DNA from: Nitrosopumilus sp.
GTDB lineage: Archaea > Thermoproteota > Nitrososphaeria > Nitrososphaerales > Nitrosopumilaceae
Direction: 5' to 3'
Assembly: GCA_965238275.1 (NCBI GenBank)
Contig: OZ250186.1
Location: forward strand, 1,120,001 to 1,184,000
DNA length: 64,000 nt
The translations under genes and the position numbers were made by a program. The notes below the pieces were generated by a model. That model had not been told where the DNA came from. It ran no database searches and worked only from the letters and a program-made list of their open reading frames with translations. Shown one piece after another: positions 52,053-63,214 of this stretch; the first letter of the stretch is position 1; the number at the start of each line of letters is the position of its first letter.

Positions 52053-52604
52053 ATGATCTCATTGGTAACAGAGATAAGTCCCATATTCGGGCTGACGTTG
52101 TTGGAAATGATAGAATACACAATGTTCCTGATTCCGGGTGCGATTATTGCAGCCGCAGGCATAACGGGCACATTCTCATTGATAAGCATACTTCAAAACA
52201 AGAAGAATTTGGAGATGCAGAACAAGATCGCTTCTGCCAGCTTGATTCACAAGCACTTGGAACCTTGGGATAAGAACAAACGGTTTAAGCAAATGATTCT
52301 CAAACTAGAAACACCAAACGCGGTGTTTACCGACGAGGATCAAGTGCATTTCGTGCTTGCCAAATTTGAGGACATAGCAATACTGCGGCAAGACAAGTTA
52401 TTCACTGAAACCCACGTACAGGAGTTCTTCGGGAGGGACATAGTCCGTATTGGTGCTAACGAATCCGTAATGAAGATTTTGGACGAGTACTACAATGAAG
52501 ATCGCATCCACAATTACAACAACCTCAAGAAACTGCTAGATGATTCTAAAAAGTGGGGGATGAATCCTTATTCGTCTGAAGAATCGTCTTTGGTCTCGTC
52601 TTGA
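52053..52604 (+). CDS. Hypothetical protein (N-terminal TM; DUF4760-like)
   Basis: TM followed by VLAKFEDIAIL...FFG...YNNLKKL pattern; family is inference. Confidence 0.55.
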   Translation: MISLVTEISPIFGLTLLEMIEYTMFLIPGAIIAAAGITGTFSLISILQNKKNLEMQNKIASASLIHKHLEPWDKNKRFKQMILKLETPNAVFTDEDQVHFVLAKFEDIAILRQDKLFTETHVQEFFGRDIVRIGANESVMKILDEYYNEDRIHNYNNLKKLLDDSKKWGMNPYSSEESSLVSS

Positions 52605-52809
52605 CGTAAACCGGCATCAACGCGTCGTTTTGCTGCCGCTGCCACAGCTTTCCCAACTAGGGAAGACTGATCTTCTCCAGATTCCTCTGTTGATTGTTCC
52701 TCTTTGGATTCTTCATGCTCTGTCATACGTCGATCGATCCAAAACAGACCTCACTTAACGCTTGCGATCAAACCGGGTTCTCCTGGCACGGTTCTGGTGC
52801 CGCACTGTC

Positions 52810-53073
52810 CTAGTCTCCCTGCCCGGCATCCGTGATTTTGGTGACCCATGGGTCAATGTCGTCAAACCCGACAGTTATGCCGTCAACGTGGCATTCCGCA
52901 CGTTCCAGCTGCCGCTGGAGGTCGCATATGTAGTGGCGGAATCCCTGAATACTCTGCTCCTCCGGGGTGAGAATGTTGTCCAGGAAATACGAGTACGAGT
53001 ACGCCAGGTATGACGAAAACACGATTCCAGCGACCAGAACCCCCATGAGCACGCCGTAGTACCTTGCCTTCAC
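52810..53073 (-). CDS. Small membrane-anchored protein, tandem paralog 2
   Basis: TM plus ICDLQRQL...CHVDG..VGF. Confidence 0.6.
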   Translation of the reverse strand: MKARYYGVLMGVLVAGIVFSSYLAYSYSYFLDNILTPEEQSIQGFRHYICDLQRQLERAECHVDGITVGFDDIDPWVTKITDAGQGD

Positions 53074-53318
53074 GGGACACCGACCCCGGATTCACCTGGC
53101 ACGCTGCCAAAGCGCACGGCCTCCCCGTCCACGAAGCATGACGGGTAGCCCAGCTCCTCCTGCAGGGCGCACACCTGCAGTTCGTACGCGTGTCTCTCGT
53201 CGTCCGGCAGCTGCGGCCTCTCGCCTACCATGTGATAGTAACCCGCCGCAATGACGAGCACGTACAGCAGCACGACAGACAGGACGATCACGACCGCCTT
53301 ATAGAGTAATATTTTCAT
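53070..53318 (-). CDS. Small membrane-anchored protein, tandem paralog 1
   Basis: TM plus VCALQEEL...CFVDG..VRF; GTGA overlap with the next gene. Confidence 0.6.
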   Translation of the reverse strand: MKILLYKAVVIVLSVVLLYVLVIAAGYYHMVGERPQLPDDERHAYELQVCALQEELGYPSCFVDGEAVRFGSVPGESGVGVP

Positions 53319-55332
53319 GATAAAGAAAAAAAAGGATCAAGGCTTATTATAGTTGCGAATCGGAGGAGGAACCCTCTTGGCGTCAATATCCGTGTCGCTC
53401 TAGGCAAATGCATGCATGTCCTGACCGCAGCCCGGAGAAGATCCATATCACCGTAACGTTACAGAACCCTCTGGTGGGTTCTACGTCCTCAACCACGGTT
53501 CAATCTAGAGAAGATCCGTATTTCAGGCACCATCACACGGATGTTACACTGCATTCCATCACACGCAGACGTTACAGCCTCTTTTCATATGAGTCTGCCG
53601 TACCGCAGACCATAACTGACTGTATTGGCATTATGCCTGCCCAAATGGGGTTTTAAGCACCGCGTTTCTTACAACCATGCGCCTCCCAGTAACCTCGCTG
53701 CTCGGAATGCTCGGCATCATGGGCGTATTCATGGTACTCGACTTGTACAGCCTGTTTGCCATGTCCGTCCCGACCTTCATCATACTGCTCGTGCTCACGC
53801 AGATAGACATCATGGACGTCTTCCACGAAAGAATCAGGCCACTGTTCTCAAGGGCGCGCAAGAAGGAAAAGAAGCCACAGGCCGCGGGTTCGGGCATCGC
53901 GGTCCAACACGGACGCTTCGGCGTACTCCTGGAGGCAAAACCAATAACAGCAGACCGCGCCATGACGATGCTCAAGCCATTCATGTCAATCACGCCCATA
54001 CGAAAGCTCGAGAAATACCTGGTCGAAAAGGTGCGCATCGCGATATTCGAGTCCGGCCACGCCAACGACTCCATGAAGATCGCCAGGCACGGAATACTGT
54101 ACGCCATAATATCCGTGCCGCCGTCAGCCGCGGTGGCAGTCGCGCTGGCATTCCTCTTCCACCCCGGCTTTCTCGGGCTGTGCGCGGTCCCGGTCGCCGT
54201 TCTGTTCAGCGGCCTGCTCCAACTAAAAAATGTCAAGTCGCAGCGCAAGTCGGCAATCGGCCACGAGCTGCCCGTATTCATCGCGTGCGCCAGCATAATG
54301 GAAAAGGTCGGCGTGTCATTCTACGAGTTCATCGAAAAGATATCAAAGTCCAAGACGACACTCTTTCCCATACTGCGACAGGACGCGCTGATCTTCCAGC
54401 GCAACGTCCAATACATGGCCATGTCGCACACCATGGCGCTGCGCAAGGTAGCAGAGACGCACCCGAACAACGATTTCAAGGAGATAGTCACGAATTATTC
54501 CGCCGCATACAACACGTCCGGCACGAACACCGCCAACACGATGATTGCGGCCACCGAATCCGCTTTCCGCGTGATGCGAAACAACGTAAAGTCCTACACC
54601 GACGAGGCAAACGGAATCGCCCAAATGGTGTTGCTCATAATGGCCGCCATGCCAATACTCGCCATAGCGACCACGTTTATCGCCGCCGGCAAGGACGCAG
54701 TCTCCATGACGATAATGGTGATGATCATCCTTCCGGTAATCATAGTGGCGTTGCTGATGGCAGTCGACGGCAAGCAGCCGCGCACGCACAACGCGGTCCC
54801 GCTGTACCGCCCGCCGCTGGTGCTGGCGTTCCTGTCGGTTCCAGTCACACTGATTGCAGGCGTGCCCTTGTGGGGCGTCATGGGGGCCGCGACCGTGATA
54901 TGGGCGGGCATGAACGCCTTCATGGCAAAAAAGCACTTTTCCAACATATCGAGAATGGACGACGCGCTGCCGGCATTTTCGCAGTTCGTGACCGACGGCA
55001 GGCTGGAGGGCATGGAGATCCGCGAGGCAGTCGCGGCCAGGGCCAAAACCAAGGACAAGAAGGACGCGCTCAGTCCCGTGTTGCTGGACATATCAAAACA
55101 GATGATGTTCGGCAAGTCGTTGGCAGTAGCTGCAGAGTCGGCCCGCACGACGTCGTGGCTGTCCAGGATACTGTTCTTCGTGCTCTCGCAGGTGCAGGAG
55201 AGCGGCGGCGGCGACACGCACTCGCTGCAGACGTTTACTAATTTCGTCAAGGACTACGTGGAGTCCAGGCGCGAAATGATGGCAAAATTGCGCGGTTCTG
55301 TCATCATGGGGTACATCATACCGCTAATCATG

Positions 55333-57014
55333 AGATCCTATGCAGAATGTGCCTGACGTGGCAAATCATAAAATCATGTCAGAACTGCGCTAGCCGTGGC
55401 CATATTTGAAAATCTCGTCTGCCGTATATTTTACAAATTTGTCTTGCACGTCCATGTGAAAAATCCAGTTTCCAGTATTGGAAAATAAGGCACGTTCTGT
55501 GGATGTGCGGCATCCGTCCCCGGGGCGGCAGGTTGTTTCATGGGGAATGGTGGGGGAATTTGCACAAATATTGGATGCCGTGCGCGACATTCCTGCACTG
55601 CCTGATGCCACCTGCCTTTCACTCCGTCAGGCGGCTCGTGCCGCCCTGTCTCAGAGGCGCGCCCTTTTTTCGGCCAGCCTTTTGAGAAGGTCCGCGTCCC
55701 TGAGTTTTATTTCGTCCCACATCAGATCCTGGTTTACCATTCCCGCAATCGCGTTGAGCTCGTCGTTGTACTCCTCCTCGGTGCCGTCGTACGGGTCAGT
55801 CAGCCTCTTGTACTGTTTCAGGCTTCCGATAACGTGCTCTATGGCCACGCGGGAGCTGTTTACCCTCTTGTTGTAGGCGCGCTGCTTCTTTGTCAGGCCG
55901 CCGGTCTTTTTGTCGGCTCCACGCTTTTTCTTGTGCGGGTGCCTGATGTGCCATCCGGGATATTCCTCTCTTGTCCCTTGGTAGCCCTTGTCCATCAGGA
56001 CGTCAGGCTTTTCCTCTTCGGGCACGTCCTTCTGGCCCATCCTTGCCGTAATGATTCCAAGGTTTGGCGGATCCTCGTTGAGCAGGGTCTTGTCGTGGAC
56101 GCTGCCCGGAACGGTCTTGCTTATCGCCACTATCACGCGGCGCTTGTTGATCACGATGTTGGTATTGTACGTGTGCGCCTTCTTCTTGCCAGAGTACGTC
56201 TTTTTGCGTCTCTCCTTGTCCGCGGACCTTCTGACCCGGTTGTGCGTGCCGTCCACCATCAGTTCTCCTCCCCTCCTGCCGGGTATTATCTTCTTGCTCT
56301 CCTCGAGTGTCTTGGCCTTTTGTACAGCCTCGCTGATTTTGCGCGGCGCCGTGCCTGTCTCGCCGAGCAGCCTGGTCATCAACGGGAGATACCTGGAGAC
56401 GGTGGCCTGGTCGACGCCAAACATCGCGGCAAGGGCTTCCTGCGGTATGCTCAGCCTTGTCCGAAACAGCCACAGCAGGTACGCGTGCCTCAGGGGCAGG
56501 ATGCGCCTGCTTCCGGAGTTTTTTGATCTGCTCCCAACTTCCCAAAAGAGCGCAGTCTCCCCGTTCCGCTCCAAAAGCTCCTTGAGGCGGTTCAGCGTGT
56601 GGTCAAACCTTTCCGGGGTGCGCAGCGTCATGGCGTGCAGGAATTCAGGATATTTTATGATGTCGTCAAGAAACCTAGACGTGATGGTCCAGTGGTCAGT
56701 CAGGCGTTCCTTGAGGGCCTCGCCCTTCTGTCGGTCTGTCCTGCGTGCCTCCCTGAGGGCCCTGATCCTCTGCCTGTGGAGTTCTCCTGATTCCCTGAGC
56801 GACTCGTTTTCCTGCCGTATTCTCTGCACGATCGGTTCTGCCAGCATTGCCATCACGGTGTGGCGTAAAGACCACCGATCTTAATGTTTCGGTTGCCGTT
56901 CCTGGATTGGCATGTTTTACGGTTCCGTGGATATTCGGCCGTATGTGGTGCTGCACGTGGGAATAACCCAATTTAATTCAGTTTTTTAAGTCAGGCACAT
57001 TCTGCATGAGATCT
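55333..57014 (-). mobile_element. IS5-family element (ISL2-like, DDE_Tnp_4 type)
   Basis: 25 bp TIR AGATC(CT/TC)ATGCAGAATGTGCCTGAC; 3 bp TSD ATG (55330-55332 / 57015-57017). Confidence 0.92.
55651..56856 (-). CDS. IS5-family transposase (HTH + DDE_Tnp_4-like)
   Basis: LAAMFGVDQATVSR, VDGT, YSGKKKAHT, GSVHD, MDKGYQG, RVAIEHVIGSLK. Confidence 0.9.
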   Translation of the reverse strand: MMAMLAEPIVQRIRQENESLRESGELHRQRIRALREARRTDRQKGEALKERLTDHWTITSRFLDDIIKYPEFLHAMTLRTPERFDHTLNRLKELLERNGETALFWEVGSRSKNSGSRRILPLRHAYLLWLFRTRLSIPQEALAAMFGVDQATVSRYLPLMTRLLGETGTAPRKISEAVQKAKTLEESKKIIPGRRGGELMVDGTHNRVRRSADKERRKKTYSGKKKAHTYNTNIVINKRRVIVAISKTVPGSVHDKTLLNEDPPNLGIITARMGQKDVPEEEKPDVLMDKGYQGTREEYPGWHIRHPHKKKRGADKKTGGLTKKQRAYNKRVNSSRVAIEHVIGSLKQYKRLTDPYDGTEEEYNDELNAIAGMVNQDLMWDEIKLRDADLLKRLAEKRARL

Positions 57015-58295
57015 ATGGTAGTAATGCTGGTCGTGACGTCCGAAATGACCAGCACGGTCACCGGCGACATAGAAGCGCTTGAAACTCTGTTTCCTAATTA
57101 CACTCGACACAGATACTCGTCTGTGCAATTCTGCCTGCGTCGTCGTCTCGCCCCCTTCCCTTGCAGTCCTTGGGCCGGGCTTGTAGGCTTGCACGATCCT
57201 TGGCGTGCCGTACCCGTTGTCGATTGCAGTATCGATCATCTGGTTGTGCAGCTGCACCTTTCCGTATATCTCGGCCTTGACGTTCTCCCACTTGCGCGCG
57301 CTTATGCACTCGCCCAACACCCGCTTGAACGTGGAAAATACAATCTCGACTGACCACCGGTCGTTGTACCCTGACTCCCTGCGCCACGCCTTCTGGAATT
57401 CCCTCTTTTGTTCGCGCGTGAGGCCTGCAAACTTGCGTTCTGCCGTCTTGTCCATGCAGTCCAGGTCCCCCAGCTGCCTGAATCCTGCCTCCTTGCGGGG
57501 CATGCACCCGTTCGCCTTTCCGGCAAAGTCGATGCGGACGGGAATCAGCGGCTCGATTCCCTGCTCGTCGCAGTACCTGCGGATCTTCTGGGTGTCGTAC
57601 GCGCCGTCGGCTGCCGCCTTGGTGCCTGCAGAAGTGTCTGAGTTTGGTGATTTTTTTGCATTTGCAAGGGCCTGCCCCACCAGTTCCTCAAACTGCGGAG
57701 AGTCCCCGCACCTGTCGTCAGTTATTACCACGGCGTAGATCTTTTTGGTTTTGGCATCCACCCCGACGTGCAGCTTTATGAAGCCCCGCCTGGTCCCCCA
57801 CTTTTCTGTCATCCAGTCGCCGCGGTTTGTGGGCTTGAGTCCAGTGGAGTCGAAGGCAAACAGCTTGATCTCGGCCCGGGTGCCGCCGTCTGAGAACCAC
57901 GCAGAAGCCGTGCCGCTACCATCATCATTGTCTGCAACAGTGCAGCCAAGCTTGGTCATCCTCTTCTGGAACGCCGAGTACGTGGGCGCGTTTTCCTTGC
58001 CGACTATCGTCTCTGCCAGACCCTGGAGCTGCCTGTACCTTATGCCGGTGGCGTTTTTGAACAGGGATGCTGCTGCAAAGCACGCGTTTGAAAATACGTA
58101 CGGGCGGCCTACCTTCCCGCAGTTTAGCTTCTCGACTCCCTGAGTCAGGATCTCCGGGCTTATCTGGAGCGTCCACAACCGGCCGCGGTCTATGTACCTG
58201 CGGTCATCGTACTGGAACCGGCGTTCTTTGGATTTGAAAGATTTTTTAGCCTCATGCGTGCCCGTTTTGTCTGGAGAGGATGTGTTTTCAGTCAT
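56991..58295 (-). CDS. IS5-family transposase (ORF reads out through the element end)
   Basis: GRPYVFS, FDSTGLK, FIKLHVGVD, ADGAYDT, YNDRWSVEIVFSTFKR. Confidence 0.9.
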   Translation of the reverse strand: MTENTSSPDKTGTHEAKKSFKSKERRFQYDDRRYIDRGRLWTLQISPEILTQGVEKLNCGKVGRPYVFSNACFAAASLFKNATGIRYRQLQGLAETIVGKENAPTYSAFQKRMTKLGCTVADNDDGSGTASAWFSDGGTRAEIKLFAFDSTGLKPTNRGDWMTEKWGTRRGFIKLHVGVDAKTKKIYAVVITDDRCGDSPQFEELVGQALANAKKSPNSDTSAGTKAAADGAYDTQKIRRYCDEQGIEPLIPVRIDFAGKANGCMPRKEAGFRQLGDLDCMDKTAERKFAGLTREQKREFQKAWRRESGYNDRWSVEIVFSTFKRVLGECISARKWENVKAEIYGKVQLHNQMIDTAIDNGYGTPRIVQAYKPGPRTAREGGETTTQAELHRRVSVSSVIRKQSFKRFYVAGDRAGHFGRHDQHYYHRSHAECA

Positions 58296-58436
58296 GGCTG
58301 TTACCTGACTGCCTGCACACCTCTCTGATCAATACGGTTTTCTATTGAAGATGTTTGATATGATGTTCAAATTCAACTGATCTGGCCTAATTCTGAACCT
58401 GTTGGGTGTGACTGGCGATAATTAGGAAACAGAGTT
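57083..58436 (-). mobile_element. IS5-family element (IS903/ISH1-like)
   Basis: 18 bp TIR AACTCTGTTTCCTAATTA; 8 bp TSD GCGCTTGA (57075-57082 / 58437-58444). Confidence 0.93.
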
Positions 58437-58717
58437 GCGCTTGAGGCGATGCCGATAAACTTCCCCACGGTCGAGCAGACAGAAGCGATAGCAGAGCAGT
58501 CAAACTTCCTCATAGTCGAATGCACCATACTCATCGGGCTCTTGGTCTCCAAGATAACGTACTTTACAATGAAACACACCATGCACGTCTGCATGATGGC
58601 GGCATTCGGGACCGCGCTGTGCATGGCCCTGCCGTACATCAAGGAGATAGTCGGCGGGCTGGTTTAGGCCTGAACCCATTCTGCGCCGTGCGCAGCAGCA
58701 CCTGCGCGTAAAAAAAA

Positions 58718-58882
58718 TCAGTCCTTGCCAAGCGAGGATTCGTAATCTTGCTTGGCGAGATTGTATGCTATCGGATCCGTGCTCTTGAGCACCTTTGAAG
58801 CCGGGGCCGACCAGTTGCCAATCCTGACGTCGTCCTCGGCGACTTCGTCAATGTAATCGTCAAATTCCTCGTCTGTTACCAT
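58718..58882 (-). CDS. Small acidic protein (54 aa), not in the ORF track
   Basis: MVTDEEFDDYIDEVAEDDVRIGNWSAPASKVLKSTDPIAYNLAKQDYESSLGKD; TTAAAG upstream, T-run downstream. Confidence 0.5.
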   Translation of the reverse strand: MVTDEEFDDYIDEVAEDDVRIGNWSAPASKVLKSTDPIAYNLAKQDYESSLGKD

Positions 58883-59012
58883 GCAGGGACGGCACCTTTA
58901 ACGTAAAAGGAGTTATGAGACTCATGCCAAATATCGTGTCTAGCCATCAATAAAATGGAATGTAAGTTTCAAACAACCATAATGGGACCAAATGGTATAT
59001 CGAAAGTCCGTA

Positions 59013-59045
59013 CATCTAAGTTAACACCATGCATCTAAGTTAACA
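59013..59045. repeat. 14 bp direct repeat x2 in intergenic DNA
   Basis: CATCTAAGTTAACA at 59013 and 59032. Confidence 0.6.
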
Positions 59046-59130
59046 ACCCCGCCAATCCGGAGAAACCTCTTGGAGAATTAACAAAGTGGCCATGGATAAC
59101 ATTTGAATACCACGTTGCCATAACTGATTT

Positions 59131-59442
59131 ATGAAATTTCAGGAATTCTGGATCCAACTGTCAAGAAAACTACCCCGTTGCAGAAAATTCCATACCCTGC
59201 CACGATCAAAGCCGTTTGAGGCATATCTATCAAATGGCAACACGATCAAAGTAATACCTGGCTCGACCAAGGAACCCAGACTCGTCAAAATGACCGAGTT
59301 TCAAAAAATGTGGGACATCATGAAAGACGACATTCGAAGCGAGAGATACAAAAATAGAAAGAAGCGGTATTATCCCTTTTGGAACCCAGTATACGTCAGC
59401 GCGTTGATTGATTACGTAGTGGCTGATCAGAACATGGAATAG
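59131..59442 (+). CDS. Hypothetical basic protein
   Basis: 103 aa ATG ORF. Confidence 0.6.
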   Translation: MKFQEFWIQLSRKLPRCRKFHTLPRSKPFEAYLSNGNTIKVIPGSTKEPRLVKMTEFQKMWDIMKDDIRSERYKNRKKRYYPFWNPVYVSALIDYVVADQNME

Positions 59443-59596
59443 GCAGGCAACGGCGCTGTTCAACATCGTGTATCATGGTCAAACACTGCCAACACATGCA
59501 GGCCGGATCACCAAAAATGAACAGTGCCATCCTGACTGGAACAAACTGTGAGATTCACGTTTTTGACCGAACAGGCACGTCGCGCGAAAGCCGCGG

Positions 59597-59929
59597 CTAT
59601 ACTTCCATCCACGGCTCGATTGACAAGTTTATGTGCGAACTGTGGTTTTTGTGGATATCGTTGTGGCAATAATACGCCCCGCATTGCTGACATGGAAATA
59701 TATCCCCACGGCAAAAGCGTTTACCGCAGTCGCCGCAGGCCACGTTGTGTTCAGTGCAAACGTTGCGCTCGCACTCACTGCACGTTCCAAAATGGTCGTT
59801 GCAAAACGCGTATTCGCAGTCGACGCATATCTCATAATGCACGTCGCACGCTAGCCTGCCGCACTCGGAACATTGTCCGGTTGCCACGCCTGACCCGCAC
59901 CCATAACACACCTTCTGTTCGTCCGCCAT
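59597..59929 (-). CDS. Cys-rich multi-zinc-finger protein (repeated CxxC-x4-CxxH, B-box/AN1-like)
   Basis: Five repeats such as CSECGRLACDVH, CVDCEYAFCNDH, CSECERNVCTEH. Confidence 0.7.
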   Translation of the reverse strand: MADEQKVCYGCGSGVATGQCSECGRLACDVHYEICVDCEYAFCNDHFGTCSECERNVCTEHNVACGDCGKRFCRGDIFPCQQCGAYYCHNDIHKNHSSHINLSIEPWMEV

Positions 59930-60102
59930 GCATTGAAGAGACTGACATCGTATAAGCACTTGAAAACGTTTTACGACTCTGGTAGGTTGTGGTGATCAGA
60001 TCACAAAAATTTACCAGAGTCTCATCCATCAAACCAACACGCCATAACCACGCGTTGTTCACATCACCATTGTTCCTTTTACGTCACCGCTCCATTCATT
60101 CC

Positions 60103-60291
60103 ATGGCAACATGCGACCATTGCAAGCAGGAGATTAAGCCCGGAAGCGAGGCGTTTGACGACCCTGGCAGGGTACCGAGGCACGCGGCATGCCAGCAGGA
60201 GATCGTTGAACGATACGCCGAAGGCAGGTGCTTCCGGTGCGGAATCCTACTCAAGTTCAAGTCAAGCGGGTATTGTGATTCGTGTCCGTAA
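60103..60291 (+). CDS. Small Cys/His zinc protein; paralog of 77..283
   Basis: MATCDHC-x19-HAAC...GRCFRCG...YCDSCP. Confidence 0.6.
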   Translation: MATCDHCKQEIKPGSEAFDDPGRVPRHAACQQEIVERYAEGRCFRCGILLKFKSSGYCDSCP

Positions 60292-60398
60292 TCTGACCGC
60301 GGCACACCTCTTTGTCAAAACCGCCACGAATGGGCTTTCAAAATCCGCGTGGCAGAATGGTTCGACTGCCCTTTTATCAAATCGCGACAACGTCTGGC

Positions 60399-60809
60399 AT
60401 GAAGCCGTACAGTACCGGGATGTGGGATTTATTCAACCCATCAAGGCCATTGAAGGAAACCCTGTTGGTCCTTGCCGTCGTTTCGTTGGCAGTATTCATA
60501 TTCAACACCTCGTACGCCATACACGAGTGCGGTTGGGACACGTCATGTGCAATACTGCAAATGACCGCCATTGGAACGTTGCTTACTGTGGCGTCCATGA
60601 GCGGCAGCGTGGTGTTACTGGTGTTTGTCTACAGGAATTTTCCCAAGACGTGCGTGCGAATGGCCGGCGGCGAATATATCCGCATATGGTGGCTGTTCCA
60701 TGTGATGTTCGGCGCCAACGCGCTGATAAAATTCACGCTTTATGGCGAAACGCTGTGGGGAGAGACGTTCTTTTTCATGTTCCTGTTTACAGGCGCGCTG
60801 TACGCGATG
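60399..60809 (+). pseudogene. Membrane protein gene interrupted near its 3' end by TnpB element copy 2
   Basis: Four-TM ORF runs into the element at GALYAM|GITY and stops inside it (60848); start uncertain. Confidence 0.55.
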
Positions 60810-62140
60810 GGAATTACATACTTGAGCAGACATAGTACACCCTTTTAACGCACGGTACCGTATAGTACCATACCAATGAAGCAAGTTATTTCATACACCA
60901 CGCAGACATTCACAATTCCATTTTACCAGTCCGGCAAGATATCGCGCCTCATATGGGGGGCGCATTTCCAGACGGACTGGTGCTACAACGAGGGCGTTCG
61001 GCAGGCGCTGGAGGCCAGGCCCACGCAGTACGACATGTTCTCAATATTGAAGGAAAAGCGGGACGAACGCGACTGGCTGGACCTGAACGTGTGCGTGCAC
61101 AGGTACGCGATTGACGGCGGCCGCAAGGCAGTCGAGGCATTCCGCGCATCAAACGCCGAAAAACGCTGGAGGCCAAAACGCAAGCGCAGATACACGTCCC
61201 CGGACAGCTTGTTCAGGAAGCGGCAGGACGGCAAAAGGCAGGCAGCCATGGGGTGCTATGCAAGGCCGGCAGGCAACAAGGACGGCTCCTGGAACTTAGG
61301 CGGGATCTGCAATGTCGTGCCCAAAAGCACCGGGATTGAACGCAGCAGCATCAAGTCTTTCCAGATAGTCGAGATGACTCGCAAGATAACCAAACATATA
61401 CCAGCAATGAAAAATTCATATCAAAATCGCTCATAAATTTTTGATGCAACAGCCGTCTCTGGAAATTACGAGGTGCGTTGAATTCCCAAATGACGAGAAA
61501 AGACGCCCCGAACATTAGACATTGCATGCTCTGGTGCGCCGTGCATGGCACACGCTAGGCGGCGTGGATCCGGTGCGGTTTGATGTCGTTCTAGATGGCC
61601 CTGTACAGAAAGTTTTCAACGACCAGATTCGGTTTTTTGTACCTCGTGTACCTGGTGATCGCCTCGCGGAGCATGCTCAGGCTGGTGTACGGCACGTCAA
61701 GCACTACCCGCTTGAGATCCCTCCAGTACGTCTCTATGGCGCTCAGGTCCGGGGTCGCAGTTGGCAGGAAGACTATCTCCAGGCCGTCTGTGCCATCAAG
61801 CAGTTTGCGTATGTTTGATGCCCTGTGCTGGGAGGCCTTGTCCATGATCAGGCAGATCTTCTTGAACCTGTACATCGCCTGCCTTAGAAAGTCCTCAAAG
61901 GTGTCCTTGGTAAACGCATCGTACTGCCGGAACATGCCCCTGCCGTCCGTGGTGATTAGTCCATGGATTATCGTCTTGGAGTGTGAGCCGGTGTACGTGA
62001 AAAACGCCCGTATTCCCTTCCTGGTGTAGCCGCGTCTTCGCGGCCGCGCATCGGAGATTACTATGGACTCGTCCTGTATCGCTACGACTGTTCCTTCGCT
62101 GTTCTTTTTTTTAATAAGCTCTGGCATCTCTTTTTGGAAT

Positions 62141-63214
62141 TCTATTGTACGAGAATTAGTTCGTCCTAATTTTAGGAGAACTATCAAGGAGTATTTTGTG
62201 CTGTACCGATCAAGAAAATCCATGGTAGCGAGGCTTACACAAAAGGCAGTACGGTATGCAATTACACAGTGTCAAAAGGGACAGAAGACATCCACAGTGG
62301 CAAAACAAGTGGGTGTGTCCCAGAGGCGCATCCAGCAACTGTATGCAGAGTTTCGGCGTACGGGTACCGTGCATGCGCTGCAGAGACCGGGAAGAAGACC
62401 AGTGCACGCGACAGACGCGGATGTGAGCATGGTGCTAGAGGAGCACGGGCGTGAACCCGTAGGCGTTCTGCAGACGGCCAAAAAACTGAGAAGGAATCAT
62501 GATATTAGCTACGCCCTGACATATCGGATCATGAAGGACAACGGTCTGGTGACTGCGTCTCCTGCAAAGTCCAAGAAGAGAAAGTGGGTCCGCTTTGAGA
62601 GAAGATACTCAAACGCGATGTGGCATGTTGACTGGCACGTCATGAAGGATCCGCGCTTCAGGGGACTCAACCTAGTCACGTATCTGGATGACTCCTCCCG
62701 GTGCGTGGCGGCAGCGCAGCTGTTCACCGAGGCCACCTCAGAGAACGCGGTGGCCGTGCTGCAAAAGGCAATCGAGACGTTTGGAATGCCTGCCACCATA
62801 CTATCTGACAACGGTTCGTGCTTTGTAGGCGCGGCAGGCAGGCACAAGAAAGGGGAAGACGGCAGGAGAAGGAAGGCACCTGCCGGATCATGGCAGCCTA
62901 CCGCCTTTGAGGCCGAGTTGCTGGACCGCGGAATCGAGCTGATAAACACCAGGCCGTACCACCCCCAGACCAACGGCAAGCTGGAGCGGTTCCACCGCAG
63001 CATAGAAGAAGAGATTTACCACTACGAGTCATTGTCAAAATACATTGAATACTACAACGAACGCAGGCTTCACTGGTCCTTGGACATTGACAACTACGAG
63101 ACCCCATTGCTTGCGTTTCGCAACAGAAAGGCCACTGAAGCGATCAGGAATGACAACCCAAAATGGATGGAGGTGGACACCGATGACTAGGCGAAATAAT
63201 TATCATATATTACA
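62141..63214 (+). mobile_element. IS481-family element
   Basis: Imperfect TIR ending ...TACA; 15 bp TSD ATCTCTTTTTGGAAT (62126-62140 / 63215-63229). Confidence 0.9.
62222..63190 (+). CDS. IS481 family transposase (rve integrase core)
   Basis: WHVDW, DDSSR, LSDNGSCF, HPQTNGKLERFH, YYNERRLH. Confidence 0.93.
   Translation: MVARLTQKAVRYAITQCQKGQKTSTVAKQVGVSQRRIQQLYAEFRRTGTVHALQRPGRRPVHATDADVSMVLEEHGREPVGVLQTAKKLRRNHDISYALTYRIMKDNGLVTASPAKSKKRKWVRFERRYSNAMWHVDWHVMKDPRFRGLNLVTYLDDSSRCVAAAQLFTEATSENAVAVLQKAIETFGMPATILSDNGSCFVGAAGRHKKGEDGRRRKAPAGSWQPTAFEAELLDRGIELINTRPYHPQTNGKLERFHRSIEEEIYHYESLSKYIEYYNERRLHWSLDIDNYETPLLAFRNRKATEAIRNDNPKWMEVDTDD

Larger units (their letters stand above)
53677..58667 (+). 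pseudogene. Type IV pilus assembly platform protein (TadC/ArlJ/T2SSF-like) interrupted by two IS5 elements
   Basis: Two T2SSF-like domains (IGHELPVF..; MDDALPAF..QESGG); IIPLIM|VVMLVVTS...IEALE|AMPINFP... is restored in frame. Confidence 0.85.
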
